Assembly (NCBI GenBank): GCA_043813075.1
Contig: JBDRLL010000006.1
Coordinates: forward strand, 1 to 64,000
DNA from: Candidatus Altiarchaeota archaeon
Lineage (GTDB): Archaea > Altiarchaeota > Altiarchaeia > IMC4 > SCGC-AAA252-I15
Length of the DNA stretch: 64,000 nucleotides
Direction: 5' to 3'
The notes beneath the pieces were generated by a model that saw nothing but the letters and a program-made list of their open reading frames with translations, was not told the DNA's origin and did no database searches. The position numbers and the translations under genes are program-made. Below, one piece after another: positions 46,199-56,204 of the stretch (the first letter of the stretch is position 1; each line of letters starts with the position of its first letter).

Positions 46199-49100
46199 TC
46201 AACCCAAATTCTTTAATTTATTTTTTACATACTTTATGACTTCATCAATCTCGCCAGACATGTCAGGGTGCTTTGACTTGAAGTCCTCCAGCTCGTTTAT
46301 TATGTCCTTGCCTGCCTGCCCTAAACCCTTCTTGTCTTCATGCAGCTTGCCTAGTACCGTGGCCAAAACCTTCTCCTTTTCGGAAACACCACCAACAGAT
46401 GGTTTGACCTCTGATTTACCTGCAGTCTGTAACTCCTTCTCCTTCTGCCTCAAACGTTCCTCCCACTCAGACAGCTCTCGCTCGCGTTCTGAAGCATCAT
46501 TGGGCATGTCAGCGTGGGAGCGTATTTTCTTCTCCATCTCATGCAGGTCATGCTCCTTCTCCTTCAGACGCTGCTCCCAGTCGAAGAGCTTATGCTCCCT
46601 GCCTGAAAGACCGCCCTTGAACTCTGAATCCGTCCCATGATCGGATAACTCGGCCTCCCTCTTGTCCAGTTCGCTGGAACGCCTGTTCAACTCCTGCTCC
46701 CATTTTGAAAGCCTGCCCTCAAGTTCCGGGTCATGGGATGGGACAGAACCGGAAAACAACTCCTCCCGTTCGGAGATGGCTTTTTCACGTGCGTCAAGCT
46801 CGCTCGCACGCTTAGCTAATGCATCCTCCAGGTCCGCGGACTCGCCGCCATCGGGAGCATGTTCATGTAGAGAACGCTCCTTCTCAGAGACTTCTTCCTC
46901 CCGCTTGATAACCGCTTCCAGACGCTCGTTAACCGTCTTTTCCTTTGAAGAAAGGGATTCTCGAACATCATTTAGCCTAGCAGACTCCTTCCCCAACTCA
47001 ACCTCCCTTTCGGACAGCAGCCTCTCCCGCTCATCGATTTCCCCAATCCTCTCCTTAAGCACATCATCGGACTCCCCGGAGAAGTGCTTATCACCCAAGA
47101 CCGCCTCCTTCTCCGCGATGGTCGCCTCCCTGTGGACTATGTTAGACTCCCTCTTCTGCAACTCAGCCTCCATCTTCGACAGCTTAGCCTCCTTCTCATC
47201 TAGCTCCGGTAGCTTTAAAGTCACATCCTGCTCGGAATCGTTGATCTTCCTCTCCCTAGCCTCAAGCTCGCCAGCCCTCTGGTTTAGATTGGTCTCCCTC
47301 TTATTCAACAACTTCTCGCGCTCAGCTAGGGTGGCGTTAGACTCCTCTATCTTAGCCTCACGCTTCTCCAAGTTGGCTTCGCGTTCGCCGATAAGACGCT
47401 CCCTCTTTGTGAATGAATCAGCCTTCTTCTCTATATCAGCCGCATAGCCGCTGAAATCGCTCTCACGCTTGACCAAAACAGTCTCCCTATTCTTCATCTC
47501 CTGGAACTTCTGGTTCAACTCCCCGTCACGCGCTTCAGCCGCCTTCTCACGCTTCTCGACGAGTACCAGACGGGATTTTATCTCGCCCTCCACCTTACCG
47601 ACATTGGATTCCCGCTCCTTCAGTATCTTTTCAGCCTCAGTCAACGCATTCTTTGTTGCGTTAACCTGCTGCTCACGAGCCTCAAGCCTTGACTGCGCTT
47701 CACCAAGCTTGTTTTCCCTGTCGTCAAGAGCCTTCCCGCGCTTATTCAACTCCGCATTCCTTGTGTTAAGCTCGGATTCCCTGGATTTTATCCCAGATTC
47801 CCTGTCCGTCAGCTCCTTCTCCTTGGGTTTGATCGCAGCCTCCCTCTGATTCAGGTTCGACTCCTTTTCACCGAGCATGCGTTCCTTGTCTGACTGCCGC
47901 TCCTCCCTGGACTTGACTGCCTCCTCACGCTTTCCGAGTTCTGTCTCCCTGCCATTTAGCACAGACTCCCGATCCTTTAAGGCAGCCTCGTTTGAGTCCA
48001 GCTCAGACTGCCTGCGTGAAAGGCCCTCATCCCTCTGATTAAGCCCGTCTTCCCTCGACTTCGCGGTTTTCTCAGACTCTGAAAGAATCTTCTCCCTTGC
48101 CTTCAAGTCAGATTCCCGGGAGTTAAGAGAGTCCTCCCTGGTGTCAAGCTCCGAATCCTTCTTTATGAGCGCCCGTTCCCTCTCCTTAAGCGCCTTATCG
48201 TCCTCCGCGAGATTAGCCTCCCTTGCTGAGAGGGATGAATCCGTCCTAGCGAGATCCTCAGATTTGGCGAGAAGACTACTCTCCCGGGCATCCAGCTTAG
48301 ACTCCCTCTCACTCAAAACCCTTTCACGCGCATTCAAACCCTCTTCAATCACGTCGAGGGCTGACGCCCTATCATCTATGTTCTCCACTCTAGCGCTCAA
48401 CTCACCCTCACGAGCGTTAACATCGCGCTCCCTGTCATTCAGCTTACTCTCACGGGATTTGACGGAAGACTCCCTGCCCTTGAGCTCTGACTCAAGGGAA
48501 CGCAACTCCTTCTCAGCCACGTCAAGCCCATTAGACTTCTTGTTCAACTCGGATTCCTTCTTACCCAGCTCTAACTCCTTCCCACCCAATTTCTCTTCTT
48601 TACTATCGAGTTTCTCCTTCTGCTCATGCAACTCCTTCCTCAGCTCCTCAACAGACTTCTTCTCTGACTTCAGCTTGCTCTCACGGTCCAGAATGCTCTT
48701 CTCCTTCCCGTCCAGCTCCGCCTTCTTTACCTTTATCAGCTCCTCCTGCGCGATTATCGCTTTTTCACGAGCCTCGAACTCGTGGACGTCCCGTATGAAG
48801 TCGTCCTGCATGGACGCTAGCCTATGCTCCCATCCGGTGAAATGCTCCTCCTTAGCCTGAAGATAATCCCTGTCATGGCGTTCGACACGTGGACTTGGCG
48901 CAGGCCTCTGGACCACCGTCTCCCTCATGACTTCGGGAGGCTTCTTCCGCTTCTTAGCCTGCTCCTTGTGCTTTTCAATCTCCTCCTCAACCTTTTCTTT
49001 AACAGCGTCATCCTGGGGCAAGTCAACCTTGCGGTCTTCAGTGTCCGGTTGGCTGCCATCACCGGAGTCGGACGGGGGTATGGGCGAGGATATGGACTCT

Positions 49101-49441
49101 CCCTCGCCTTTTGTGGCGGCGATACGCCGTTCAAGAACTCGTTTATGCATCAGACCTATGATTTCATCGGCAGACTCGCTTGACTCAGCCTCCTCCTTAT
49201 CCAAGCCCGTTATTTCCTCTTCATCAAGGTCTGCGTCGATACGAGAACCAGGCTTGAATACGGTTTCACCCACTATCGTGTAATGGATTTTTATGATCTC
49301 ATGGTCTTTCAGTATCTTGGCGATGTTTATGACCGTTTCCTCATCTTCGCCGAGACGTGAGACAGCATCCTCTAGCTTTATCTCCTTAGCCTCCTTAACC
49401 AGTTCTGTGAAACGCTGTAGAACACTCTTGTCTAAAGGCAT
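46199..49441 (-). CDS. 1080-aa coiled-coil protein with N-terminal winged-helix-like domain
   Basis: Long runs of LxxRExx heptads; no TM or signal peptide. Confidence 0.85.
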   Translation of the reverse strand: MPLDKSVLQRFTELVKEAKEIKLEDAVSRLGEDEETVINIAKILKDHEIIKIHYTIVGETVFKPGSRIDADLDEEEITGLDKEEAESSESADEIIGLMHKRVLERRIAATKGEGESISSPIPPSDSGDGSQPDTEDRKVDLPQDDAVKEKVEEEIEKHKEQAKKRKKPPEVMRETVVQRPAPSPRVERHDRDYLQAKEEHFTGWEHRLASMQDDFIRDVHEFEAREKAIIAQEELIKVKKAELDGKEKSILDRESKLKSEKKSVEELRKELHEQKEKLDSKEEKLGGKELELGKKESELNKKSNGLDVAEKELRSLESELKGRESSVKSRESKLNDRERDVNAREGELSARVENIDDRASALDVIEEGLNARERVLSERESKLDARESSLLAKSEDLARTDSSLSAREANLAEDDKALKERERALIKKDSELDTREDSLNSRESDLKAREKILSESEKTAKSREDGLNQRDEGLSRRQSELDSNEAALKDRESVLNGRETELGKREEAVKSREERQSDKERMLGEKESNLNQREAAIKPKEKELTDRESGIKSRESELNTRNAELNKRGKALDDRENKLGEAQSRLEAREQQVNATKNALTEAEKILKERESNVGKVEGEIKSRLVLVEKREKAAEARDGELNQKFQEMKNRETVLVKRESDFSGYAADIEKKADSFTKRERLIGEREANLEKREAKIEESNATLAEREKLLNKRETNLNQRAGELEARERKINDSEQDVTLKLPELDEKEAKLSKMEAELQKRESNIVHREATIAEKEAVLGDKHFSGESDDVLKERIGEIDERERLLSEREVELGKESARLNDVRESLSSKEKTVNERLEAVIKREEEVSEKERSLHEHAPDGGESADLEDALAKRASELDAREKAISEREELFSGSVPSHDPELEGRLSKWEQELNRRSSELDKREAELSDHGTDSEFKGGLSGREHKLFDWEQRLKEKEHDLHEMEKKIRSHADMPNDASERERELSEWEERLRQKEKELQTAGKSEVKPSVGGVSEKEKVLATVLGKLHEDKKGLGQAGKDIINELEDFKSKHPDMSGEIDEVIKYVKNKLKNLG

Positions 49442-49483
49442 CTTAGCGGTTAATGATATGTTTAAACCGTAAAAAAACGATTG

Positions 49484-49687
49484 CTACTCCGTTACAATGA
49501 TCTTGATGCAGGCGACCGGGCAGTTCTCCTCCGCGTCACGGTTACGCCCCAACTCATCAAGCTCGGTCTTAACGGGCTTCGCCTTACCATCCTCCATCAT
49601 CTTCCAGTTTTCAGGGCATACAGCCTCGCAGGCACCGCAGCCGATGCACGCGTCCCTCGTCTGTTTTATGATGTATTTTTTCGCCAT
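49484..49687 (-). CDS. Monocluster ferredoxin
   Basis: CIGCGACEAVCP...CPVACI; true start at ATG 49687. Confidence 0.9.
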   Translation of the reverse strand: MAKKYIIKQTRDACIGCGACEAVCPENWKMMEDGKAKPVKTELDELGRNRDAEENCPVACIKIIVTE

Positions 49688-49787
49688 AGAAGAAACACTC
49701 CAACAATAGTATGAATACGCAGGCTCGCTTATAAACCAATAAAACACAGGAATTAAAGGCTTACGCGAAAGTATTAAACGGTTTAAG

Positions 49788-50330
49788 ATGGGTTTTCTGG
49801 ATCTGGCAAAATCGAGGAGGTCTGTAAGGCGCTTCACAGGAAGGGAAGTGCCTGTAAAGGATGTGGAACACATTCTTGAGGCAGGCAGATGGGCTCCGTC
49901 AGCGTTAAACAAGCAGCCATGGAGGTTCATAGTCATAACAGACGGTGAGATAAAGTCATGGATAAGGAGGGTATATGACAGAGTCAGGGATGAGCTTGGC
50001 CTGTACAAGCAGGATGCCTCTTTCCTGGAGAAGTCGACTTTGATAGTAGTGCTGTCAGACACTGGGATGCCAGGAAACGAAGTGTCCACCGCATTATCCG
50101 CCGGGAACATTCTGCTGGCGGCTGAAGACATGGGGTATGGAAGCCTTATTATGAGCTCCCCATTTATGGGTGATGAGGGGGTGAGAGACTTCAAGGATAT
50201 TCTAGGGATACCAGACAACTACAAGCCAATGTTCGTGATTGCCGTAGGCTGCAAAGACGGTGAGACCCCTGTGAAGGACAGGATTCCATTGGAGGATCTA
50301 GTCTCATACAACAAGTATGGTGTAGGATGA
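49788..50330 (+). CDS. Nitroreductase family protein
   Basis: RRSVRRF, APSALNKQPWRF. Confidence 0.92.
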   Translation: MGFLDLAKSRRSVRRFTGREVPVKDVEHILEAGRWAPSALNKQPWRFIVITDGEIKSWIRRVYDRVRDELGLYKQDASFLEKSTLIVVLSDTGMPGNEVSTALSAGNILLAAEDMGYGSLIMSSPFMGDEGVRDFKDILGIPDNYKPMFVIAVGCKDGETPVKDRIPLEDLVSYNKYGVG

Positions 50331-51217
50331 GTCTGCTGGATAGGTTGAGGGAGGCTGTCAAGAGAGTAGAGGATTCCAGGGAGATATGGTCCATAGCATA
50401 CCTTGCAGTCCTCATATACGCGTTCAGCGTCATAGTAATCACTGGTGTATTCTTCTCAGCACCATACTTGGTCACGTCTGAGAACAGCCTGCTCTTCGGC
50501 CTCGGGATGCTGTCATACAACCACGGGTATCTGCTGAACAACTGCCATCAGCTGCCGCAGAGAAGCCTGTCCCTCAACAACATACAGTTGCCAGTCTGCT
50601 CCAGGGACATGGGTATATACGTGGGATGCCTGATAGGAGTCCTATCAGCATTCAAGTTCAGGGCCAAGAGCAAGCTATTGAACTCGATATGGTTTGCGGG
50701 AGCCCTTATGACGCCGCTAATGGTGGACGGAGTCAGCCAGACGCTGCTGACAATGAGGGAGTCCACCAACACCATACGCTTCGCAACGGGAATCCTGTTC
50801 GGCCTCGGCATGATGTATTACGTGACCGTGAAGACAATCCACTACGCGAAGAGGAGTGAGATAGACTACATGAGGGTGAGGGGGACGTCAAAGATGGTGT
50901 TCATAGTATTCACTGCAGTGATAGTACTGCTTTCAATCACCTCATCATCATGGTACTTGACGAGGGAGGAGGCGTATCAAATGGTTTTGAAATCATATCC
51001 TGGAGAGAAATTAGAGCCACACACTTACATCCCGCCCAACGCGCTGAATACCGTGTCAAGAGACCCTTACTTGGACTCACATAGGACAGACATTCTAGAC
51101 GACCTGACGCACATAAAGGCGGTGACTGAAGGCGGCCAATGGGCGTTCACAGGGGTATACGGGAGGTACTACGTTAGCGTTAATGACGGTAAAGTCACTG
51201 TCATGACAGGCTACTGA
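50327..51217 (+). CDS. DUF2085 membrane protein
   Basis: CHQLPQRS, PVCSRDMGIY, PLMVDG, RESTN..RFATG. Confidence 0.85.
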   Translation: MSLLDRLREAVKRVEDSREIWSIAYLAVLIYAFSVIVITGVFFSAPYLVTSENSLLFGLGMLSYNHGYLLNNCHQLPQRSLSLNNIQLPVCSRDMGIYVGCLIGVLSAFKFRAKSKLLNSIWFAGALMTPLMVDGVSQTLLTMRESTNTIRFATGILFGLGMMYYVTVKTIHYAKRSEIDYMRVRGTSKMVFIVFTAVIVLLSITSSSWYLTREEAYQMVLKSYPGEKLEPHTYIPPNALNTVSRDPYLDSHRTDILDDLTHIKAVTEGGQWAFTGVYGRYYVSVNDGKVTVMTGY

Positions 51218-51843
51218 TACCTGTAGGTGACGCCATAAACGTATTGGGTCTGGGAATTCTTCTTCTTGTAGTAGTATCCGTAGGCCAGGCCGAAAAGTAG
51301 GCCGCCGAGGTGGGCGTTATGCGCTATGGAACCCATTGTGCCCATCATCTCGAAGAGGGAGTAGAACACGTAGAAGGAAGCCCATATGTAGAGTGGCATG
51401 GGGAATATCAGGTTGAAGTATATGATCTGATGCGGGCGGAGCACAACCAGCATGCCCATGACCGCGAATATGGCTCCTGAAGCGCCGACGGCAGGTATGT
51501 TTGGGGGAGGTATGTTGAACACGAGTGAAGTGAATAGGTAGGATAGACTCGCGAAGACTCCGCCTATGAAATAGACTTTCCTGAACTCCTTAACGCCGAC
51601 TATGGACTCTAGGAACGAGCCGAACATGATTATCCCAAAAAACACGTTGAAGAAGATGTGCCAGATGTCGCTGTGCATGAACATGCTCGTGACTATGGTC
51701 CACGGGGTTTGGAGTATGCGGTCTGGTATCAACGCAAGATAGTAGAACGATAGGACTGGGAACGCTAGGGAGACGAAGAACATGAATGCGTTAGCTGCGA
51801 CCAGCAATCTCACAAAATTACTCATCCTCATACCGAAAAACAT
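51211..51843 (-). CDS. Rhomboid intramembrane serine protease
   Basis: TSMFMH...HIFFN, GASGA, AHLGG. Confidence 0.93.
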   Translation of the reverse strand: MFFGMRMSNFVRLLVAANAFMFFVSLAFPVLSFYYLALIPDRILQTPWTIVTSMFMHSDIWHIFFNVFFGIIMFGSFLESIVGVKEFRKVYFIGGVFASLSYLFTSLVFNIPPPNIPAVGASGAIFAVMGMLVVLRPHQIIYFNLIFPMPLYIWASFYVFYSLFEMMGTMGSIAHNAHLGGLLFGLAYGYYYKKKNSQTQYVYGVTYRYQ

Positions 51844-51853
51844 AATACACCAC

Positions 51854-53008
51854 CTAATTGTATCCAGCGTTAATCATCACGTACTCGGGAGTCATATCAC
51901 ACCCCCAGGAAGTCGCAGAATAACGCCCTTTGCTAAGGTTAACAGTAACTGTTATCTCACTTGACTTTAGGATCTTCCTAGCCTGCTTCAAATCACCCAT
52001 AACACCATTCTTCAGTAGGACGGCAGCACCCTTATCAGACTCGAATACTATGCTAACCTTACGATAGTCGATGCTGACGACACTGCCGATTGACGCCAGT
52101 ATCCTGCCCCAATTAGGGTTCTCGCCGTAAAACGCAGTCTTCACTAGGGGGGACGAGGCGACAGCCTTCGCCGCCTTCCTGGCTTCGACGACACTCCCAC
52201 CGCCATTCACGTTGAATTCAATGAACTTTGACGCCCCCTCACCGTCAACAGCCATCTGCCTGCACAATCCGACACATACGTTGGATAGCATGGACTTGAA
52301 TAATCCCGGACTGCACTTCCTCCTCCTGTTGGACAACAACAGCACAACATCATTCGTACTCATGTCCCCGTCCACAACAGTCATGTTGAAGGAGCCGCCG
52401 ACCGCGTCAGACAGAGACTTCTGCATAACACCCCTCGAGACGTCGGCATTGGTGGTTATGAAACATAGCATGGTCGCCATATCCGGCGCAATCATCCCAG
52501 CACCCTTGAGGATGCCGCCAACCTGAATCCCCTCATGCTCTATGGAATACTGCTTGGGGAACGTGTCGGTAGTCATGATTGCCTTCGCAGCCTCGATGCT
52601 CGCCTTGCCGGAACATGACAACCTGGCGGAAGAGAACTTCATGAGGCCGACAACCTTGTTGACATCCATTGGGCGGCCGATTATACCAGTAGATGCGACT
52701 GCTATGTTTCGGGTGTGGACGCCCATCTCGAGTGAAGCAGCTTTCATAACATCCATTGCATCTTCCATCCCATGTGAGACGCACGCGTTGGCGTTCCCGG
52801 AGTTGGCGACGACAGCCTGAAGCCCGTTCTTGACCGCCCTCTTGGAGAGTGTTACCGGCGCTGCCTTAACGCTGTTCCTCGTGAAAACCCCGACACTATC
52901 ACACACCTGATCTGCTTTCACAACAGCAACACCATATTTCCCGTCCCTGACGCCGTAGGCCTTGAATCCTTCAGTGCATACGCCGCGCTTTGTTGGTTTA
53001 TAATCCAC
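51854..53008 (-). CDS. argJ: Ornithine acetyltransferase
   Basis: NSGNANA, STGIIG, IMTTDT, KGAGMIAPDMATML, DGEGA. Confidence 0.96.
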   Translation of the reverse strand: MDYKPTKRGVCTEGFKAYGVRDGKYGVAVVKADQVCDSVGVFTRNSVKAAPVTLSKRAVKNGLQAVVANSGNANACVSHGMEDAMDVMKAASLEMGVHTRNIAVASTGIIGRPMDVNKVVGLMKFSSARLSCSGKASIEAAKAIMTTDTFPKQYSIEHEGIQVGGILKGAGMIAPDMATMLCFITTNADVSRGVMQKSLSDAVGGSFNMTVVDGDMSTNDVVLLLSNRRRKCSPGLFKSMLSNVCVGLCRQMAVDGEGASKFIEFNVNGGGSVVEARKAAKAVASSPLVKTAFYGENPNWGRILASIGSVVSIDYRKVSIVFESDKGAAVLLKNGVMGDLKQARKILKSSEITVTVNLSKGRYSATSWGCDMTPEYVMINAGYN

Positions 53009-53055
53009 TGTCTATAATTATTAAGCCTATACTTGAAAAATATAAGTTCTTGAAG

Positions 53056-54414
53056 ATGCGCGAGAAATGTGCTGTAATCGGGGTCAAAGGCAGGTCAGAC
53101 GTCTTTGAAACGCTGTATAGGGGTCTTTTCGCCATGCAGCACCGTGGGCAGGAGTCCGCAGGCATTGCAGTACAGAACGACAGGATACGCGTGCACAAGG
53201 ATATGGGACTCATCTCTGAAGTCTTCAGGAACGCATACCTGTCCGGCAACATTGGCATAGGGCACGTCAGATATTCCACCACAGGCGAGTCAAAGTCGGA
53301 GAACGCCCAGCCACTGCTGATAAACTATTCCAAAGGCAGTTTCGCCATCGCCCACAACGGCAACATAGTGAACCAGGGCGAGCTGAAGCAGGAGCTCGAG
53401 TCTAAGGGCAGCATATTCATGACCACCACCGACACCGAGCTCATAGCACAACTCATAGCCCAGGAACACGTCAGCAGGGAGAGTTTCATCGAGTCCATAC
53501 AGGCGGTCATGAAGAGACTTGTCGGATCATACTCGCTGACGATACTCCACGAGGGGAGGGTGATAGCGGTCAGAGACCCTTCGGGAGTAAGGCCACTGTG
53601 CTTCGGTCAGTCGGACGATTATTTCGTGGTAGCGTCTGAAAGCTGTGCGCTGGACACGCTAAACGTGAAGCTGGTGAGGGACATAAAGCCTTCTGAGATA
53701 CTCGTCATAGGCGACACCATCGAATCGTACAGCGGGGTTAAGGACAGGATATGCCACTGCATGTTCGAATACGTGTACTTTGCGAGGGCAGACTCTGTGA
53801 TAGACGGGATACCAGTCTACGAGGCCAGGACAAACCTCGGGAAGATTCTCGCGGAAGAGTCTGGCGTCAAAGCAGACCTGGTTTGCGCGGTCCCAGACTC
53901 CGGGATAACACATGCGATAGGATACGCGAGGGGCTCTAAGATACCCTACGGCGAATGCCTAATGAAGAACCGTTACGTTGGCAGGACTTTCATACTTCCA
54001 GAGCAGTCCCAGAGGGACGTGAGCACCAAGATGAAGCTGAATCCCATAAGAAGCCAGGTTGATGGCAAGAGGATAATACTCATAGACGACTCCATAGTAA
54101 GGGGCACGACAACGAGGAGGATAGTCAAGATGCTTAAGGAGGCTGGAGCCAAGGAAGTGCACGTGAGGGTGGCTTCACCCCCATTAAAACACCCCTGCAG
54201 ATATGGCATAGACATGCAGGTGAGCGAGGAGTTCATTGCGGCAGAAAAGACGGTGGACGAGATACGGGACGTGATAGGCGCGAAAAGCCTGGCGTACATA
54301 AGCATAGAGGGGCTTGTGAAGGCCATATGCATCAGTAAGGATGAGCTGTGCCTCGCCTGCCTGAACGGGGATTATCCGCTGCGGGAAAAGCAGACTAAAC
54401 TTACTGATGAATAA
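53056..54414 (+). CDS. purF: Amidophosphoribosyltransferase
   Basis: MREKC, QHRGQESAG, GHVRYST, HNGN, VPDSG, DDSIVRGTT. Confidence 0.96.
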   Translation: MREKCAVIGVKGRSDVFETLYRGLFAMQHRGQESAGIAVQNDRIRVHKDMGLISEVFRNAYLSGNIGIGHVRYSTTGESKSENAQPLLINYSKGSFAIAHNGNIVNQGELKQELESKGSIFMTTTDTELIAQLIAQEHVSRESFIESIQAVMKRLVGSYSLTILHEGRVIAVRDPSGVRPLCFGQSDDYFVVASESCALDTLNVKLVRDIKPSEILVIGDTIESYSGVKDRICHCMFEYVYFARADSVIDGIPVYEARTNLGKILAEESGVKADLVCAVPDSGITHAIGYARGSKIPYGECLMKNRYVGRTFILPEQSQRDVSTKMKLNPIRSQVDGKRIILIDDSIVRGTTTRRIVKMLKEAGAKEVHVRVASPPLKHPCRYGIDMQVSEEFIAAEKTVDEIRDVIGAKSLAYISIEGLVKAICISKDELCLACLNGDYPLREKQTKLTDE

Positions 54415-55459
54415 GTACCTTATAGTGGGGGTAGACCCTGGGACGACGACTGGAGTTGCGCTCATCGACTTGAAGGGGAATCTGGTTTCTGTAACAAGCT
54501 CCAGGGACATGGGACTGTCAGGAGTCATAGAACACATAGTGTCTCATGGAGTGCCTTCCATGATGGCTTGTGACGTCAACCCCGCCCCAGGGATGGTGTC
54601 GAAACTGGCTTCAAGCATGGGCGTCGCCACATACGTCCCTGATAAACCTCTTTCAGTGAGCGAGAAGATAGGGTTAACGCGGGGGTTAGACACTAGCGAC
54701 GCCCACCAGAGAGACTCGCTGGCTGCGGCACTCAACGCCTTCATAAAGAATAAGAACCTTTTCAAGAAGATAGAGTCTAAGGGCCTGGGTGACGATGTAA
54801 AACACATAGTGCTCCAAGGCTATTCGATAGAGTATGCCGCGCGGATATTATCCGAGCCGGAACCTGCCGTTGATGAGGGGGAAGACAGGAAGAAGTCTGT
54901 GAGGGAGCTAAGTCCCGGTGAAAAGAGGATAAGGTCCCTTGAAAAGAGAGTGAGGAACCTTTCCATAGAATTGGGTGTGAAAGACGCTGACATAGTCAGG
55001 CTCCATGAGGAGATAGCAGGATTAAAGGCTAGGAACCACGTTAAACAGGGCTTAAGAGACACGTCATCAGAGAACACCATAAGAAACCTTGAGATAAGGG
55101 TTGGCAGCCTGAAAAACCAGATAAGGCTTGAGAAATCAGTCAGAAGGATGCTGTTAGATGCTGTGAAGGGCGGTAAACAACTTGTGGGAGTATATCCTGA
55201 AGTGATAGGCGGTTACACCATCATAAGGAAAAAAATAAGGGCAAGTGACATAGAACAGGATAAAGTGAGGAGGGTATTCACTGACGTCAATGCAAACCAT
55301 GAGACGCTAAGGGAAAGAGGAATACCAGTGCATGGCACAGACAAGCTAAAGCAGGTTGACGGGATATGGTTCATGGATAAGACGAGTCTGGATGAGATGA
55401 GGAATGAAATTTCAGTCGAAGGATTGATACACGAATACAGGAACAGGAAAAAACGCTAG
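54407..55459 (+). CDS. DUF460 protein (RNase H-like fold plus coiled coil)
   Basis: IVGVDPGTTTG, HQRDSLAAA. Confidence 0.85.
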   Translation: MNKYLIVGVDPGTTTGVALIDLKGNLVSVTSSRDMGLSGVIEHIVSHGVPSMMACDVNPAPGMVSKLASSMGVATYVPDKPLSVSEKIGLTRGLDTSDAHQRDSLAAALNAFIKNKNLFKKIESKGLGDDVKHIVLQGYSIEYAARILSEPEPAVDEGEDRKKSVRELSPGEKRIRSLEKRVRNLSIELGVKDADIVRLHEEIAGLKARNHVKQGLRDTSSENTIRNLEIRVGSLKNQIRLEKSVRRMLLDAVKGGKQLVGVYPEVIGGYTIIRKKIRASDIEQDKVRRVFTDVNANHETLRERGIPVHGTDKLKQVDGIWFMDKTSLDEMRNEISVEGLIHEYRNRKKR

Positions 55460-55477
55460 GAGGGTGCGTGAACACCC

Positions 55478-56173
55478 TCATATTATCCCAGCAGCAAGAG
55501 CCATCAAAGCCTTCCTAGGGTCCGCGGCCTTCGTCACGCCGGAAGCTAGCAGCACGCCTATTGTGCCAAGCTTCAGCGCATCCCTCACGTCGTCGCCGGT
55601 CTTCACTCCAGCACCAGTGAGAACGCCAACACCAGGATCAATCCCGTTGACTGCATCAACAACGCCGGTGACAAGCTCGGGCCTCGTTGTGACAGACACG
55701 TCACCCCCGATAAGGTCCGGGGGCTCGGCTGCCACGAAATCAGGCTTCAATGCGGCGATAGCCTTCGTCTCCTCAATCGTCTCGTCATTAGTCTTCTTGC
55801 CGGAGCAGACTATGCTGGTCAGACCCGCCTCACGGGCGGCCTCGACCCGTGCCCTGATGCCGTCCAAGTCGAGCTTGCGTTCTGAATGGCTTATCAGCGT
55901 GCCGACAGCGCCCGCCTGCTTGACTGCCTCAGGCATTATCCAGCCAGTACTGCTCCCATACTTGACAGGGTCTATGTGCTGGGCGAATACGGGTATGCTC
56001 ACCGCGTCTGCGATGGTCTTTATGTCCGTCGGCTGGACCGCCACTATGATGTTTGCGCCGGTCTCTGCCGCGACTTCGTCGCATATCTTAGCCAGGGCTA
56101 GGGCTTTACCGCCTGTCGCCTCAGCGTACGTCTTGAAGTTAACCACAATGCTCTTGCTCAAGTCAACTGCCAT
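55478..56173 (-). CDS. tpiA: Triosephosphate isomerase (archaeal type)
   Basis: NFKTY, AQH.D, HSE, EPPDLIG, LLASG. Confidence 0.96.
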   Translation of the reverse strand: MAVDLSKSIVVNFKTYAEATGGKALALAKICDEVAAETGANIIVAVQPTDIKTIADAVSIPVFAQHIDPVKYGSSTGWIMPEAVKQAGAVGTLISHSERKLDLDGIRARVEAAREAGLTSIVCSGKKTNDETIEETKAIAALKPDFVAAEPPDLIGGDVSVTTRPELVTGVVDAVNGIDPGVGVLTGAGVKTGDDVRDALKLGTIGVLLASGVTKAADPRKALMALAAGII

Positions 56174-56204
56174 TTTATCACCTTCAATAGATTAGATTAA
56201 CAAG

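Noticed and set aside
46199-49441. SMC/Rad50 assignment
   Set aside because: No Walker A/B, signature, hinge or zinc-hook motif
49688-50218. 244-aa ferredoxin fusion
   Set aside because: The extension is antisense to the nitroreductase; the ferredoxin is 67 aa
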